A DNA stretch of 38,934 nucleotides from an uncultured Alphaproteobacteria bacterium (GCA_963760435.1 CAVXDE010000016.1:1-38934); one strand, 5' to 3'. Positions 17,539-27,292 are shown, counted from the stretch's first letter. Numbers and translations are program-made. Notes: generated by a model from the letters alone, not told the origin.

Positions 17539-18354
17539 ATGCTTGTCCTCGAAAACGGAGCGCACCTGATCGATGCGGCGACGACCCATATCGTTCAGGG
17601 CATCCCCCTCGAACTGGTCGTCAAAGGCGCCGGACGGCCCCTGCTCTTCCTGCACGGAATGGATGGCATCGAAGCAGCCTCGGCCCTGATCGATTCGCTT
17701 GCGGCGCATTTCACCGTCTACGCGCCATCCCATCCGGGCTTCGGCGCGAGTCATCTTCCAGATCATATCGGCACCACCGACGATCTTGCCTATTTCTACC
17801 TCGATCTGTTGGACCTCCTACAACTCGACGACGTGAGCCTGGTCGCGATCTCGTTCGGTGGCTGGATCGCCGCCGAGATCCTGGTGAAGAACCAGTCGCG
17901 CATCAGGAATGTGGTGCTGGGAGCTCCACTTGGCCTGCGCACAGGTCATCGACGCCGCCAGTTGGTGCCGGATCTGTTCATGATGACGCCTCAGGCAGCG
18001 GAGGCGATGCAATACGCGGATCCTGCGCTGGCACAGAACCCGGCCGCGCTGCCGGACCGTGAGCTGCATCGCCTGCTGCGCAACCGTGAAGCCATGGCTC
18101 TATTCGGTTGGGCTCCCTACCTCAACGACCCGAAGCTTGGCGGCCGTCTTCACCGGATAACGCGGCCCACTCTGCTCGTGTGGGGCGCCAACGATGCTTT
18201 GCTGCCTGCAAGCTATCGCGGTGGATACGAAGCGGCGCTGCCACATGCGCAGGTCGCGACGATCAGCCAATGCGGTCATCGGCTCTATGCCGAGCGACCG
18301 CAACAAACCGCCAACCTTGCTCTTGCTTTTGCCGTCCGTGCTCTCGAGGAATAG
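17539..18354 (+). CDS. Alpha/beta-fold hydrolase
   Basis: ATG at 17539 after GAGG; GRPLLFLHG oxyanion region, nucleophile elbow ISFGG, C-terminal QCGHRLYAERP (His). The upstream in-frame extension uses rare codons (aga, ttg, cga, gta, caa) and is therefore non-coding. Confidence 0.8.
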   Translation: MLVLENGAHLIDAATTHIVQGIPLELVVKGAGRPLLFLHGMDGIEAASALIDSLAAHFTVYAPSHPGFGASHLPDHIGTTDDLAYFYLDLLDLLQLDDVSLVAISFGGWIAAEILVKNQSRIRNVVLGAPLGLRTGHRRRQLVPDLFMMTPQAAEAMQYADPALAQNPAALPDRELHRLLRNREAMALFGWAPYLNDPKLGGRLHRITRPTLLVWGANDALLPASYRGGYEAALPHAQVATISQCGHRLYAERPQQTANLALAFAVRALEE

Positions 18355-18356
18355 CA

Positions 18357-19562
18357 ATGAAAGTCTGGCAATTCAGCGAGCAGTCCTATTACCCGGCATG
18401 GGCGTCGCCAGGCGCGATGGGGATCACGCTGCCGGCGCGGCACTGCGATCCGTTGCAGGCGGGTGCCCTGCTGAACCGCTATCTGGACGACTACATCCTG
18501 GCGGACGAGCTCGGTTTGAACATCATGGTCAACGAGCATCATTCGACTGCGTCCTGCATGTCGACGTCGTGCATGACGACGCTTGCCATTCTGGCGCGCC
18601 AGACGCGCAATGCGCGCCTCCTCGCGCTCGGCATTCCACTCGCCAATCGCAGCGATCCCGTGCGGATCGCGGAGGAGATCGCGATGGTCGATGCCCTGTC
18701 GGGGGGACGCCTTGAAGTCGGCCTCGTCAAGGGTGCGGGCTACGAAGTCTTTCCCTCAAATAAAAACCCAGTCCGGTTCATGAATGCATTTTGGGAAGCG
18801 CATGACCTCATCATCGAGGCGTTGACCAACAAGGAGGAGAATTTCGCCTGGGATGGCGATCATTTTCAGTACCGCAACGTCAATGTCTGGCCGAGCGTCC
18901 TGCAGCAGCCGCATCCGCCGATCTGGATGACGGCGTCGAGCGCGACCAGCGCGGCCGTGCATGCACGCTACGATTATCATTGCGCGACATTCCTCTCGGG
19001 GGCGGTCGCGCGCTCGGTTTTCGATGGTTATCGCAGGAGTTACCACGAGGCCCACGGACGCGAGGCCGCCGAGAGCAAGCTCGCTTATCTGGCTGTCGTC
19101 ACGGTGGCCGGCACGCGCGAACGCGCGTTCCGCCGTGCGGCAACGATGAAGGGCTATTTCGACACGATGATGCGTGTCGACAGCCAGTTTCGCAATCCGG
19201 TCGGCTTCGCTTCGGTTGACGATAATCTGCGGGCGATCAGGGGCGGGCCGAATGCCGTACGCCAGCGTATGCGCGATGGACGCCCGCTGCCGGCCAATCC
19301 AACCATCGAGCAATACATGGACGCCGGCCTGATGTTCGTCGGGACACCTGACGACGTCTTTGACCAGCTTCGACGCTTCTATGTCGAAGTCGGCGGTTTC
19401 GGCAATCTGCTGATGATGGGACAGGCCGGAAGCCTCGATCGCGCGGACACAGCGGACAATCTCACGTTGTTCGCACGCGAGGTCATGCCGCGGCTCAAGG
19501 AGATGACGCTGGACAATGCTGGTGAGGGGATCACCACACGATTTGCGCCGATCGCCGGTTGA
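18357..19562 (+). CDS. LLM-class (luciferase-like) flavin-dependent oxidoreductase
   Basis: Starts 3 nt after the hydrolase stop with a GAGGA RBS; TIM-barrel LLM signatures (LGLNIMVNEHH, IAEEIAMVDALSGGRLEVGLVKG). Confidence 0.8.
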   Translation: MKVWQFSEQSYYPAWASPGAMGITLPARHCDPLQAGALLNRYLDDYILADELGLNIMVNEHHSTASCMSTSCMTTLAILARQTRNARLLALGIPLANRSDPVRIAEEIAMVDALSGGRLEVGLVKGAGYEVFPSNKNPVRFMNAFWEAHDLIIEALTNKEENFAWDGDHFQYRNVNVWPSVLQQPHPPIWMTASSATSAAVHARYDYHCATFLSGAVARSVFDGYRRSYHEAHGREAAESKLAYLAVVTVAGTRERAFRRAATMKGYFDTMMRVDSQFRNPVGFASVDDNLRAIRGGPNAVRQRMRDGRPLPANPTIEQYMDAGLMFVGTPDDVFDQLRRFYVEVGGFGNLLMMGQAGSLDRADTADNLTLFAREVMPRLKEMTLDNAGEGITTRFAPIAG

Positions 19563-19568
19563 CCGACG

Positions 19569-19599
19569 CCGCGTGAACGACCTGCAAATCCTCACGCGG
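19569..19599. terminator. Hairpin between convergent LLM and LysR genes (8-bp stem CCGCGTGA/TCACGCGG, 15-nt loop)
   Basis: Inverted repeat read from the sequence; weak T-tract (tctgttg) on the + side. Confidence 0.4.
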
Positions 19600-20488
19600 T
19601 CTGTTGCCGGAAACTCTCGATGAACCGCGTCAGTGCCGAGGAGGCGTTGTCCTTGCGCCACGCCAACACCAGGCGAAACGATATATCGAGATCAACGATG
19701 TCCTTGATGAGCACGTTGTGCGGCGTGTGCAACAACACCTCGGAACCGACCAAACCGAGCGCCATGCCGGCAGAGACGAGGCTAAGCTGAATCGACAGCG
19801 TTGATGCCTCTTGGAAAATGACCGGCGAAAACCCGCTCTCGACGCATCGCTGCAGCAGCGCGTCGTAATATTTCTGCGTCACGTCCCGGCTTGGCCAGAC
19901 AAGCTTCTCGCCGCTGAGGTCGGCGATGCGCACGCGCTTGGCGCGGGCCAGTCGGTGCGACCCGTAAACGGCGAGTTTGATCTGGCTCGAACTGATCGTC
20001 AGTGCGTCCAGCGCCAGCAAGTCGTCTGGGCTGCAATACAGGTCGTAGACGATCGCAGCGTCCAAGGTGCGGTCGTGCAGGGCCCTTATCTGCTCGACCG
20101 AGCTGAGCGGGGCGAAGTCCAGGCCGATATCGGGCCACGACTGGCGAAAGGCGTGAATTGTGCGAGAGATGCTGTCATGCCAAGACGCGACGTCGTTGTA
20201 TCCGAGACGGATCCGGCCGGAGCGGCCTTCGGCCATGTCGCGGACGCGCCGGTTGGCGCGATCCACATGCGCGAGAATGGATGTCGCTTCTTCCGCATAG
20301 GCTTTGCCGGCGGGCGACAACTTCACGCCGCGCGGCAGGCGGTCGAACAACTCGACGCCAATCTCCGTCTCAAGCTGCTTGATCTGTCGCGAGAGCGCCG
20401 GCTGGGCGATACCGAGCAGCTTCGAGGCTTTGCCGAAATTTTCCTGACGCGCGACGACAAGAAAATACCGCAGATGCCTGAGTTCCAT
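19592..20488 (-). CDS. LysR-family transcriptional regulator
   Basis: N-terminal HTH MELRHLRYFLVVARQENFGKASKLLGIAQPALSRQIKQLE; C-terminal substrate-binding domain. Confidence 0.9.
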   Translation of the reverse strand: MELRHLRYFLVVARQENFGKASKLLGIAQPALSRQIKQLETEIGVELFDRLPRGVKLSPAGKAYAEEATSILAHVDRANRRVRDMAEGRSGRIRLGYNDVASWHDSISRTIHAFRQSWPDIGLDFAPLSSVEQIRALHDRTLDAAIVYDLYCSPDDLLALDALTISSSQIKLAVYGSHRLARAKRVRIADLSGEKLVWPSRDVTQKYYDALLQRCVESGFSPVIFQEASTLSIQLSLVSAGMALGLVGSEVLLHTPHNVLIKDIVDLDISFRLVLAWRKDNASSALTRFIESFRQQTA

Positions 20489-20713
20489 CGGTCAACGCCT
20501 ACCCGGCATCGTTCTCGCAAAAAAAGAATTGGACGCCGGCAAATGCGGCGCGAGATTTACGCGACTATAAGTCGGGGCGTGAGTCCGGGCAACACAACAC
20601 CAAATCAGTAAGTTGATGAGGAATTGCCCACGTTCGCCGAGCAGGGCGTCCGGTCGACCTCGCCGGGTAATGGGGGGCGCGGCAGTAACCGCGAACACGC
20701 ACCAAACAGCGCG

Positions 20714-22432
20714 TCATCGTGAGGTGACGATCCCCTCGGCAATCTTTTCAGCCGTCATGATCGTCGGCACGTTCAAGTTGGCGCGTGGCACCATCGGGAA
20801 AATCGATGCGTCGACCACACGCAGCCCGGCCACGCCGTGAACCCGACCCTGCGAATCCGTCACCGCCATCGGGTCGTTGGCAGCGCCCATGCGGCATGAA
20901 CAGCAGGGATGCCAGACGCCGATCACGCTGTTGCGCACGAATGTCTCCAGCTGCTCGTCATCGGCGATGATGTCGTGCACATCCACCCCGCCGGCGATCA
21001 TACGGCGAACAAGGAGGCTGCGCAGGCGGGCGGGCCCATCCAGCAGGCGCCGCGCGACCTGGGCGCGGACGCGATTCATCAAGTTGACGGAATTGAAGGC
21101 GCGCACGCGCTGCGAATAGCTGGCGGGGAAAATCTCCCGCGATACGGCGCGAAGCTCCGGCATTGTATGCCATGTCACCAGGCGGCGGAATCCGTCCATG
21201 AGGCGGGCGGTGTCGCGATAATCGGCGAGCAAGCGGAAATCGACTCGTGGCTGATCGCGCCAATCCGTGCTCGCCAGCGTGACGCTGCCCTTGTCCGAGA
21301 ACGACTTGCCAATGAACACACTCAGCGCCGCGATCTGATCACCGACGGCGTGCCATGCGGTCTTGGTGATCACCCCGAGGAACATGTCGCTGTCGACGTC
21401 GCCGATGCCGGAGGTGTAACGCAGGCCGATCTGCATGTGCCGGCGGCTGCCTTTGCCCCAGCGTGCAGCCGGCCGCACGAAACTCCCGAGCGAGACCGCG
21501 GGATGATCCATCATCCGCTGCCCAACGCCCGGACGGTCAGCCACAACGGTGATTCCCTGCGCGCGCAAATCCGCAGCCGGGCCAATGCCAGCCCGCAACA
21601 GGTGCGCCGGGGAATGGATCGCGCCGCACGACACGATCACCTCGCCGGCATCAATAACCGCCGGCGCGCCCGCGACCATGACTTCCACGCCGATGCAGGC
21701 GTGTCCGTCCATGACGAGACGCATCATCGAGGTATCGGTCATTACGGTCAGGTTGGGCCGACGCCTGACATCTGGCGACAGATAGGCCGTCGCCGTCGAC
21801 ACGCGGCGGTCGTCCATGTTGGACATCGCGATCGGAAAATAGCCGTCACGAAACGGGCCGTTCTGATCTGGAAGATATTCGAATCCCGAGGCAGCAAATA
21901 CGGCGGCCGCGGCGCGCGTATAACCGTTCCAGTCTTGCTCGGGCAGGCGGCGGATCGCGATCGGTCCATCCTTGCCATGCAGAGGGCCACCGTAATCGAG
22001 GTCGCGCTCGAGCTTGCGGAAGAACGGCAATACGCTGTCCCAACCCCACCCTTCGGCCCCGAGAGCCTGCCATTCGTCATAGTCTCCCGGCGCGCCACGG
22101 TTGGCGAGTTGTCCGTTGATCGAAGAGCCGCCGCCGAGCACGCGACCCTGCATGTACGGGCGGCTCACTGGCGGCGCGGTGTCGGGGGCACGATTATGCG
22201 AACCCGGCTCTGTCGTGACCGAGAGCAGGAATTGAAAGCGCGGATCGATCGCGGCCTGGCCGGGATAGCTGTCAGCGAGCACATCGGGCATCGCCTCGGC
22301 TGTAAGATCCGGGCCAGCCTCAATCAGGAGTACGCGTCTGCTGGGTTTGGCCGACAAACGATTGGCCAGCACGCAGCCGGCTGATCCACCGCCGACAATG
22401 ACATGGTCAAACCTTGCCGGCGTGCAGACCAT
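20714..22432 (-). CDS. GMC-family FAD-dependent oxidoreductase (choline dehydrogenase-like)
   Basis: N-terminal FDHVIVGGGSAGCVLANRLS GxGxxG motif; GMC signature regions; about 572 aa. Confidence 0.9.
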   Translation of the reverse strand: MVCTPARFDHVIVGGGSAGCVLANRLSAKPSRRVLLIEAGPDLTAEAMPDVLADSYPGQAAIDPRFQFLLSVTTEPGSHNRAPDTAPPVSRPYMQGRVLGGGSSINGQLANRGAPGDYDEWQALGAEGWGWDSVLPFFRKLERDLDYGGPLHGKDGPIAIRRLPEQDWNGYTRAAAAVFAASGFEYLPDQNGPFRDGYFPIAMSNMDDRRVSTATAYLSPDVRRRPNLTVMTDTSMMRLVMDGHACIGVEVMVAGAPAVIDAGEVIVSCGAIHSPAHLLRAGIGPAADLRAQGITVVADRPGVGQRMMDHPAVSLGSFVRPAARWGKGSRRHMQIGLRYTSGIGDVDSDMFLGVITKTAWHAVGDQIAALSVFIGKSFSDKGSVTLASTDWRDQPRVDFRLLADYRDTARLMDGFRRLVTWHTMPELRAVSREIFPASYSQRVRAFNSVNLMNRVRAQVARRLLDGPARLRSLLVRRMIAGGVDVHDIIADDEQLETFVRNSVIGVWHPCCSCRMGAANDPMAVTDSQGRVHGVAGLRVVDASIFPMVPRANLNVPTIMTAEKIAEGIVTSR

Positions 22433-22611
22433 CCCGTGTACCTCACGCGTTGTAGCGCTGCCGAATTTGACAGGCGCGCAACAAGTTGTGCGCCGATCAT
22501 CAGCAAGAACTCGGCTGCTGCGTCAAGGCGCGGGTGAAGCGATTGGAACCCCAGGGAAGTAGGCGCGCGGCGATCACCTTCGCCGGTTAGTCGCCGCACG
22601 CCCTGTCCGGC

Positions 22612-23622
22612 TCATGTTTTCGCGTGCGGCGTGCCCAGGTACGGAAACGTCGTCAGCACGTCGGTGTGGGGCTTCAGACCGGTAGGCGGGCACTCGTTTT
22701 TTGTCAGGAAAGCAATCCGGTAGTCGATCACGTCGTCGGTGAAAACCCGGCCGTTGGGATATTTGGCAGGCTTCGACGGATCAAAACTCAGCACGTCAGG
22801 GAGCGTGCCTTCCCGTTCGATTTCGGCAATTGCTTCCTCGCGCGTGTAATTGCCGGTGTGCCCCATGAGGTGGATGAACTGCTCGAGCCAACGGCTGCGG
22901 TCGTTGACCGGCTCGCTCGCGTTGTATTCCTCCTTTGTGTCATCGGTGTTGAAGAAGCTGCTCACGCTCGGATGCCCGGCGCGATCGACGTGAAGCAGCT
23001 TGCCGTCGCGCCGCACGCTGCATCGTCCCCAGATGTGCATTGCGGACTTGGGATTGAGCTCGCTGGTCGGCAGCTCGATCGCCGTCGAAAACACGTTCGC
23101 CTGCGTATTGGAATCCACCCCGGTCCATGGAGACTTGCCGCCGAGATGCGGCTCGGTGAAGTTCCGCTTGCCGCGGATATCGAACAGGTTTTTGATTCCG
23201 TCGAAATCGAAAAAGAATGCGTCGCTGCGGCTGCCGGCGAAAAAAGTATACGGGCCTGACCTGATGATGTTCGGCGTGGGGCCAAACGAGACATCGGCAT
23301 CGGCGATGATCTTGGTCCCAACTGCTTCGGGCGAGCGCGACTCCGCGCCCTTCGCCATGAACACGCTGACGGTCTGTTTTCCGTTCTGCGGCTGAGAAAA
23401 CACATAGCTGAACGCGATGTCCGTCAGGTAATCGCCGTCGGTATCGATGTTGACGCGATAGATGGCGTCGGGATGAAGCGCGTCCGCATTGGGATTGGCG
23501 TTGAGAATGATCACCGTCCTGTTTTTGTCGGACGGCGATTGGAAAGCGTAGAGGTCACAGAGGTCTAACCGTTGATCGCCGAGCGGCGGGCCGAGACTGA
23601 GTCCAGTAAAATGATTTGACAT
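22612..23622 (-). CDS. Conserved uncharacterised protein, DUF4331-like
   Basis: ATG at 23622 after GGAAGAGG; N-terminus MSNHFTGLSLGPP..DQRLDLCDLYAF and C-terminus ..TFPYLGTPH resemble the DUF4331 family from memory (no database check possible). GC content is lower than the neighbouring genes. Confidence 0.6.
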   Translation of the reverse strand: MSNHFTGLSLGPPLGDQRLDLCDLYAFQSPSDKNRTVIILNANPNADALHPDAIYRVNIDTDGDYLTDIAFSYVFSQPQNGKQTVSVFMAKGAESRSPEAVGTKIIADADVSFGPTPNIIRSGPYTFFAGSRSDAFFFDFDGIKNLFDIRGKRNFTEPHLGGKSPWTGVDSNTQANVFSTAIELPTSELNPKSAMHIWGRCSVRRDGKLLHVDRAGHPSVSSFFNTDDTKEEYNASEPVNDRSRWLEQFIHLMGHTGNYTREEAIAEIEREGTLPDVLSFDPSKPAKYPNGRVFTDDVIDYRIAFLTKNECPPTGLKPHTDVLTTFPYLGTPHAKT

Positions 23623-23916
23623 TGGCCTCTTCCTTTCAAAATCGGGATGTGCGTTTGGTGCCCCGGATTGCCAGTATACGTCAATCCGCTCACGCGAAAC
23701 GTACTGGATCCTCGCTTGCGTCTGCGAGTTTGCCCGAACACAAGGGCGTGAGACTTCTCGAAATTGTCAAGTAGGTATCCGCCAAAAAAGATTGGCAGGC
23801 GACGCGTGCCGGGCGCCTTGCGCCAACGATGCCGAGCGCTCACATCTCCGCTCCGCAATTCTAAGATGTTGGTTCGGGGTGCCGAACTGACCAGTTGCGA
23901 ATTGTGGAGATGGAAG

Positions 23917-25908
23917 ATGGACCCCGCTGGATTGATGCAACCGGCCATTTGGGCCGCAGCAGTGATCGCCTTTGTCATCCTGCTACGCGTCTCGAATATA
24001 TTTCGCTACATTCCGAACAATCAGGTGGGCATTGTCGAAAAGCTATGGACCACAAAGGGTTCTGTCGAAGGCGGGTTCATCGCGCTGAACGGTGAAGCCG
24101 GTTACGAGCCGGAAGTCTTGCGCGGCGGCCTGCACGTTCTCTTTCCGTTTATGTATCGCATCCACAAATCGGACCTGGTCACGGTCGGACAAGGCAAAAT
24201 CGCCTACGTGTTCGCCCGCGACGGTGCAACGCTTGGCGCGTCGCAGGTGCTTGGCGCCAACGACACCGAGGACAAGTCGGATTTCGAAGACGCGCGGAAA
24301 TTTCTGCTCGGCGGTGGGCAGAAGGGCCCACAGCGGAAAATCCTGCGCGAGGGCACTTACGCGATCAACACCACCCAGTTTGCCATCATCACCGACGATC
24401 GGGTCTACGGTCATGCGTTGAGCGCCCAGGAGCGCAGCGTGCTCGAGGGCATGCAGTTGACGATCGCGGATCGGGCGGGATTCTCGCCGGTCGTCCTGGC
24501 GGCCGATCACGACCTGGTCGGGATCGTCACCGTGCACGACGGCCCGTCGCTGCTCCCCGGCGAAATCATTGCACCCGAAGTCGGCACCGATCTGCGCGAC
24601 CACGAAACCTTCCACAACAACTTTCAGGAGCCGGAAAACTTCCTGAAGGGCGGCGGCTATCGTGGGCGGCAGCTGCAAGTCATCGTCGAAGGTACATGGT
24701 ACATCAACAGGCTGTTTGCGACCATCGAAGCCGTTCCGAAGACCGTGATTCCGGTCGGAAATGTCGGCGTCGTCATATTCTACACCGGACCGAAAACCGA
24801 CGACGTCTCCGGCGAGCAGTACCGTCACGGCGAACTTGTCGTCAACGGCAGCCGTGGTGTTTGGAAAGACCCGCTGCTGCCCGGCAAATATGCCTTCAAC
24901 ACGTACGCGGGCAAGATCGAGATCATCCCGACGGTCAATTTCATCCTGAAATGGGTGCGCGGTGAAGTCGGTGCGATGAAGCTCGACGAGAACCTGTCCG
25001 AGATTTCGCTGATCACCAAGGACGCGTTCGAGCCGACGCTGCCGCTCTCGGTGGTCATGCATATCGACTACAAGAAAGCGCCGATGATCATTCAGCGGTT
25101 CGGAGACGTGAAGAAGCTGGTCGAGCAGACGCTCGATCCGATGGTCAGCGCATTCTTCAAGAACATCGCGCAAAAGATGACGCTGATCGAGTTGCTGCAG
25201 AACCGGGCCGCGATCCAGCAGGAATCGGCGACCGAGATGAAGGCCAAGTTCGAGAGCTATTCGCTCGACCTGCAGGAGGTGTTGATCGGCACGCCGAGAG
25301 CCGCAACAGGCGACCATACGATCGAGGACATCCTCATTCAGTTGCGCTCGCGCCAGGTCGCGCGCGAGCAGATCGAGACCTACAAGGAGCAGGAGAAGGC
25401 GGCCGTCCAAGAGCGTGCGCTCAACGAAGCCAAGGCGACGGCCGCCGCGCAGTCGGCACTGACCCAGTCGCTGATCCAGGTCAAGGTGAACGAGAACGAG
25501 GGCGCGGCCGCACTGGCGCGGGCGCAAAAGGACGCGGAGACACTCAAGGTGACGGCGGCCGCGGTCGGCGAGCAGTCGCGCCTCGAGGGACAGGGCGAAG
25601 CCGATCGCGTGCTCGCGGTCGGCACCGCCAACGCGCAGGCGACGAAGCTCGCGGTCGACGCCTATGGGGGTCCCGAATTCCGGCTGGCCGAGCAGAACTT
25701 TGCGAAATTTGCCGAGGCGTTGACCAAGATCAATCAGCCGCTCGTGCCGCAATTCCTGATGTCCGGCGGACCAGGACAGGAGGGCACGAACGCCGGCCTG
25801 ATCCCGACCGCGATGCTGAGCTCCATGTTCGGCCGGATGATGCCCGACGCGCTGGAGAAGCTGAAAGAGGAGGCGCCGAAGGCAACGCGCAAAGCCGACG
25901 GTCATTGA
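23917..25908 (+). CDS. SPFH/band-7 flotillin-like protein (YqiK/FloT-like, 663 aa)
   Basis: ATG at 23917 after GGAGATGGAAG; N-terminal TM (AIWAAAVIAFVILL), SPFH core, and a long C-terminal Ala/Glu/Gln-rich coiled-coil (EQEKAAVQERALNEAKATAAAQSALTQ...). Confidence 0.8.
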   Translation: MDPAGLMQPAIWAAAVIAFVILLRVSNIFRYIPNNQVGIVEKLWTTKGSVEGGFIALNGEAGYEPEVLRGGLHVLFPFMYRIHKSDLVTVGQGKIAYVFARDGATLGASQVLGANDTEDKSDFEDARKFLLGGGQKGPQRKILREGTYAINTTQFAIITDDRVYGHALSAQERSVLEGMQLTIADRAGFSPVVLAADHDLVGIVTVHDGPSLLPGEIIAPEVGTDLRDHETFHNNFQEPENFLKGGGYRGRQLQVIVEGTWYINRLFATIEAVPKTVIPVGNVGVVIFYTGPKTDDVSGEQYRHGELVVNGSRGVWKDPLLPGKYAFNTYAGKIEIIPTVNFILKWVRGEVGAMKLDENLSEISLITKDAFEPTLPLSVVMHIDYKKAPMIIQRFGDVKKLVEQTLDPMVSAFFKNIAQKMTLIELLQNRAAIQQESATEMKAKFESYSLDLQEVLIGTPRAATGDHTIEDILIQLRSRQVAREQIETYKEQEKAAVQERALNEAKATAAAQSALTQSLIQVKVNENEGAAALARAQKDAETLKVTAAAVGEQSRLEGQGEADRVLAVGTANAQATKLAVDAYGGPEFRLAEQNFAKFAEALTKINQPLVPQFLMSGGPGQEGTNAGLIPTAMLSSMFGRMMPDALEKLKEEAPKATRKADGH

Positions 25909-25945
25909 ACGAAGCGATTTTTGTTCCTATTTTGTTCTTGCAGAC

Positions 25946-25977
25946 TCATAACCAACATGCTATTCACATGGTTATGA
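25946..25977. promoter_or_regulatory. Perfect 9-bp inverted repeat TCATAACCA-N14-TGGTTATGA in the AT-rich region upstream of the AAA_25 ATPase gene
   Basis: Read directly; lies in a locally AT-rich 106-bp intergenic region. Confidence 0.5.
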
Positions 25978-26014
25978 AACTTATCGCCTCCACTCCCCAT
26001 CGCGCCCCGAGAGG

Positions 26015-27220
26015 ATGACCATGCCCGTCATCGCCCAAGCCGCCGCCATCACCAACACTGCTCCGATCCCGCTGGTGACACGCGGAAGCGAGACCAAATT
26101 CGCAGCCATCAATTGGATCTGGCCAGGGCGAATTGCCCGCGCCAAGCTCACCCTGTTCGCCGGGACGCCGGGTAGCGGCAAATCGGCCCTGGCGGCGAGC
26201 ATCACCGCCACCGTGACCACCGGCGGGGCTTATCCGTGCCGCGAAGGGCGCGCGCCCCAGGGGGCGGTGCTGCTGGTTTGTCCGGACGCCGATCCCGACG
26301 TGCTCGTCCCGCGGCTCAAAGCGGCAGGCGCCGATCTCGGACGGGTGCAGCTGCTACGTCATGTGGAGGGCGCAAAAGGACCTCGGCGGTTTGATCTTGC
26401 GACCGACCTGCCCCTGCTCGCGCAGGCGGCACGGTCGATCAAGGACCTGAGCCTGATCGTCATCGACGCGCTGTACGTCCCGGCCGGACGCAGCGCGACG
26501 CGCGCAATGCAGGCGCTCCTTGACCCGCTCGCTGCGTTTGCCGAGTCTCATCGGGTCGGCGTGGCGGCGATCCTGGGTTTGGGCTTCAGCGGAGGGTCGC
26601 GACGGACCGCCGCCTTCGAGGCGGAGGCGCTCGGCGCGGCGCGGGCCGCGTTTACCGTCGAGATCGATCCGGCCGACGCGAAGCGACGAGTCCTGGTGCA
26701 GGTGAAAAACGATCTTGCCCCTGATCAAGGGCTGCTCGCCTTCCGCATCGCGTCGCGGCAATTCGACCACAGCCAGAGTGCGGCGCGGGTCGAATTCGAG
26801 CCGCAGCATCATCCACTCAGTGCACGCGAGTTCGCAGCACGGCAAGCTCGCAGCCTCAACTCCGCCACAGCTGATGCCATGGAGTTTCTGACCACTCTCT
26901 TCGGCAGCGCCAAGCAGCTGAAGATCGCGCAGATCGAGCATGAGGCGCGCGCCGCCGGCCTGCTACGCCCGAACCAGCAGCTGACGCAATCGCGCCCACT
27001 GCGCGACGCCCGCATGGCGATGGGCCTTGGGATCATCCGCGAGGGCGCCGACAGCAGCGCCTGGGTCTGGGCAAAGGCTGGGACGATGGAGCCGACGTTG
27101 CAGGATGGACCTCAGGTCCAACCCAATCCTCCGAGACAGTCCGAAGGGCAGAGTCCACTGCTGTCGAGAGCAGCCGCTCAGCCGGTGACCCAGCCAGGGC
27201 AAATGCAACAGGTCGCTTAG
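26015..27220 (+). CDS. RecA/DnaB-like P-loop ATPase (AAA_25-type) with Gln/Pro-rich disordered C-terminus
   Basis: INWIWPGRIARAKLTLFAGTPGSGKSALAASI (Walker A), LSLIVIDAL (Walker B-like); the start is more likely the second ATG at 26021, which has better RBS spacing. Confidence 0.7.
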   Translation: MTMPVIAQAAAITNTAPIPLVTRGSETKFAAINWIWPGRIARAKLTLFAGTPGSGKSALAASITATVTTGGAYPCREGRAPQGAVLLVCPDADPDVLVPRLKAAGADLGRVQLLRHVEGAKGPRRFDLATDLPLLAQAARSIKDLSLIVIDALYVPAGRSATRAMQALLDPLAAFAESHRVGVAAILGLGFSGGSRRTAAFEAEALGAARAAFTVEIDPADAKRRVLVQVKNDLAPDQGLLAFRIASRQFDHSQSAARVEFEPQHHPLSAREFAARQARSLNSATADAMEFLTTLFGSAKQLKIAQIEHEARAAGLLRPNQQLTQSRPLRDARMAMGLGIIREGADSSAWVWAKAGTMEPTLQDGPQVQPNPPRQSEGQSPLLSRAAAQPVTQPGQMQQVA

Positions 27221-27292
27221 ATGCGGGATGATCGCTGCCAGCTTGACGAATGTGGCGTCCTTCCTCCAAAATGGAGGAAAAGTGGAGGACCG

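Noticed and set aside
20909-22384. 491-aa + strand ORF antisense to the GMC oxidoreductase
   Set aside because: No motifs; the minus strand encodes a canonical GxGxxG FAD-binding N-terminus.
22433-22611. Semi-palindrome GCGCAACAAGTTGTGCGC and a + strand TTGACA in the GMC upstream region
   Set aside because: The inverted repeat is imperfect and no matching -10 element is present; insufficient to call a promoter or operator.
24043-25905. 620-aa minus-strand ORF antisense to the flotillin gene
   Set aside because: Leu/Arg-rich nonsense; the + strand shows the SPFH domain and coiled-coil.
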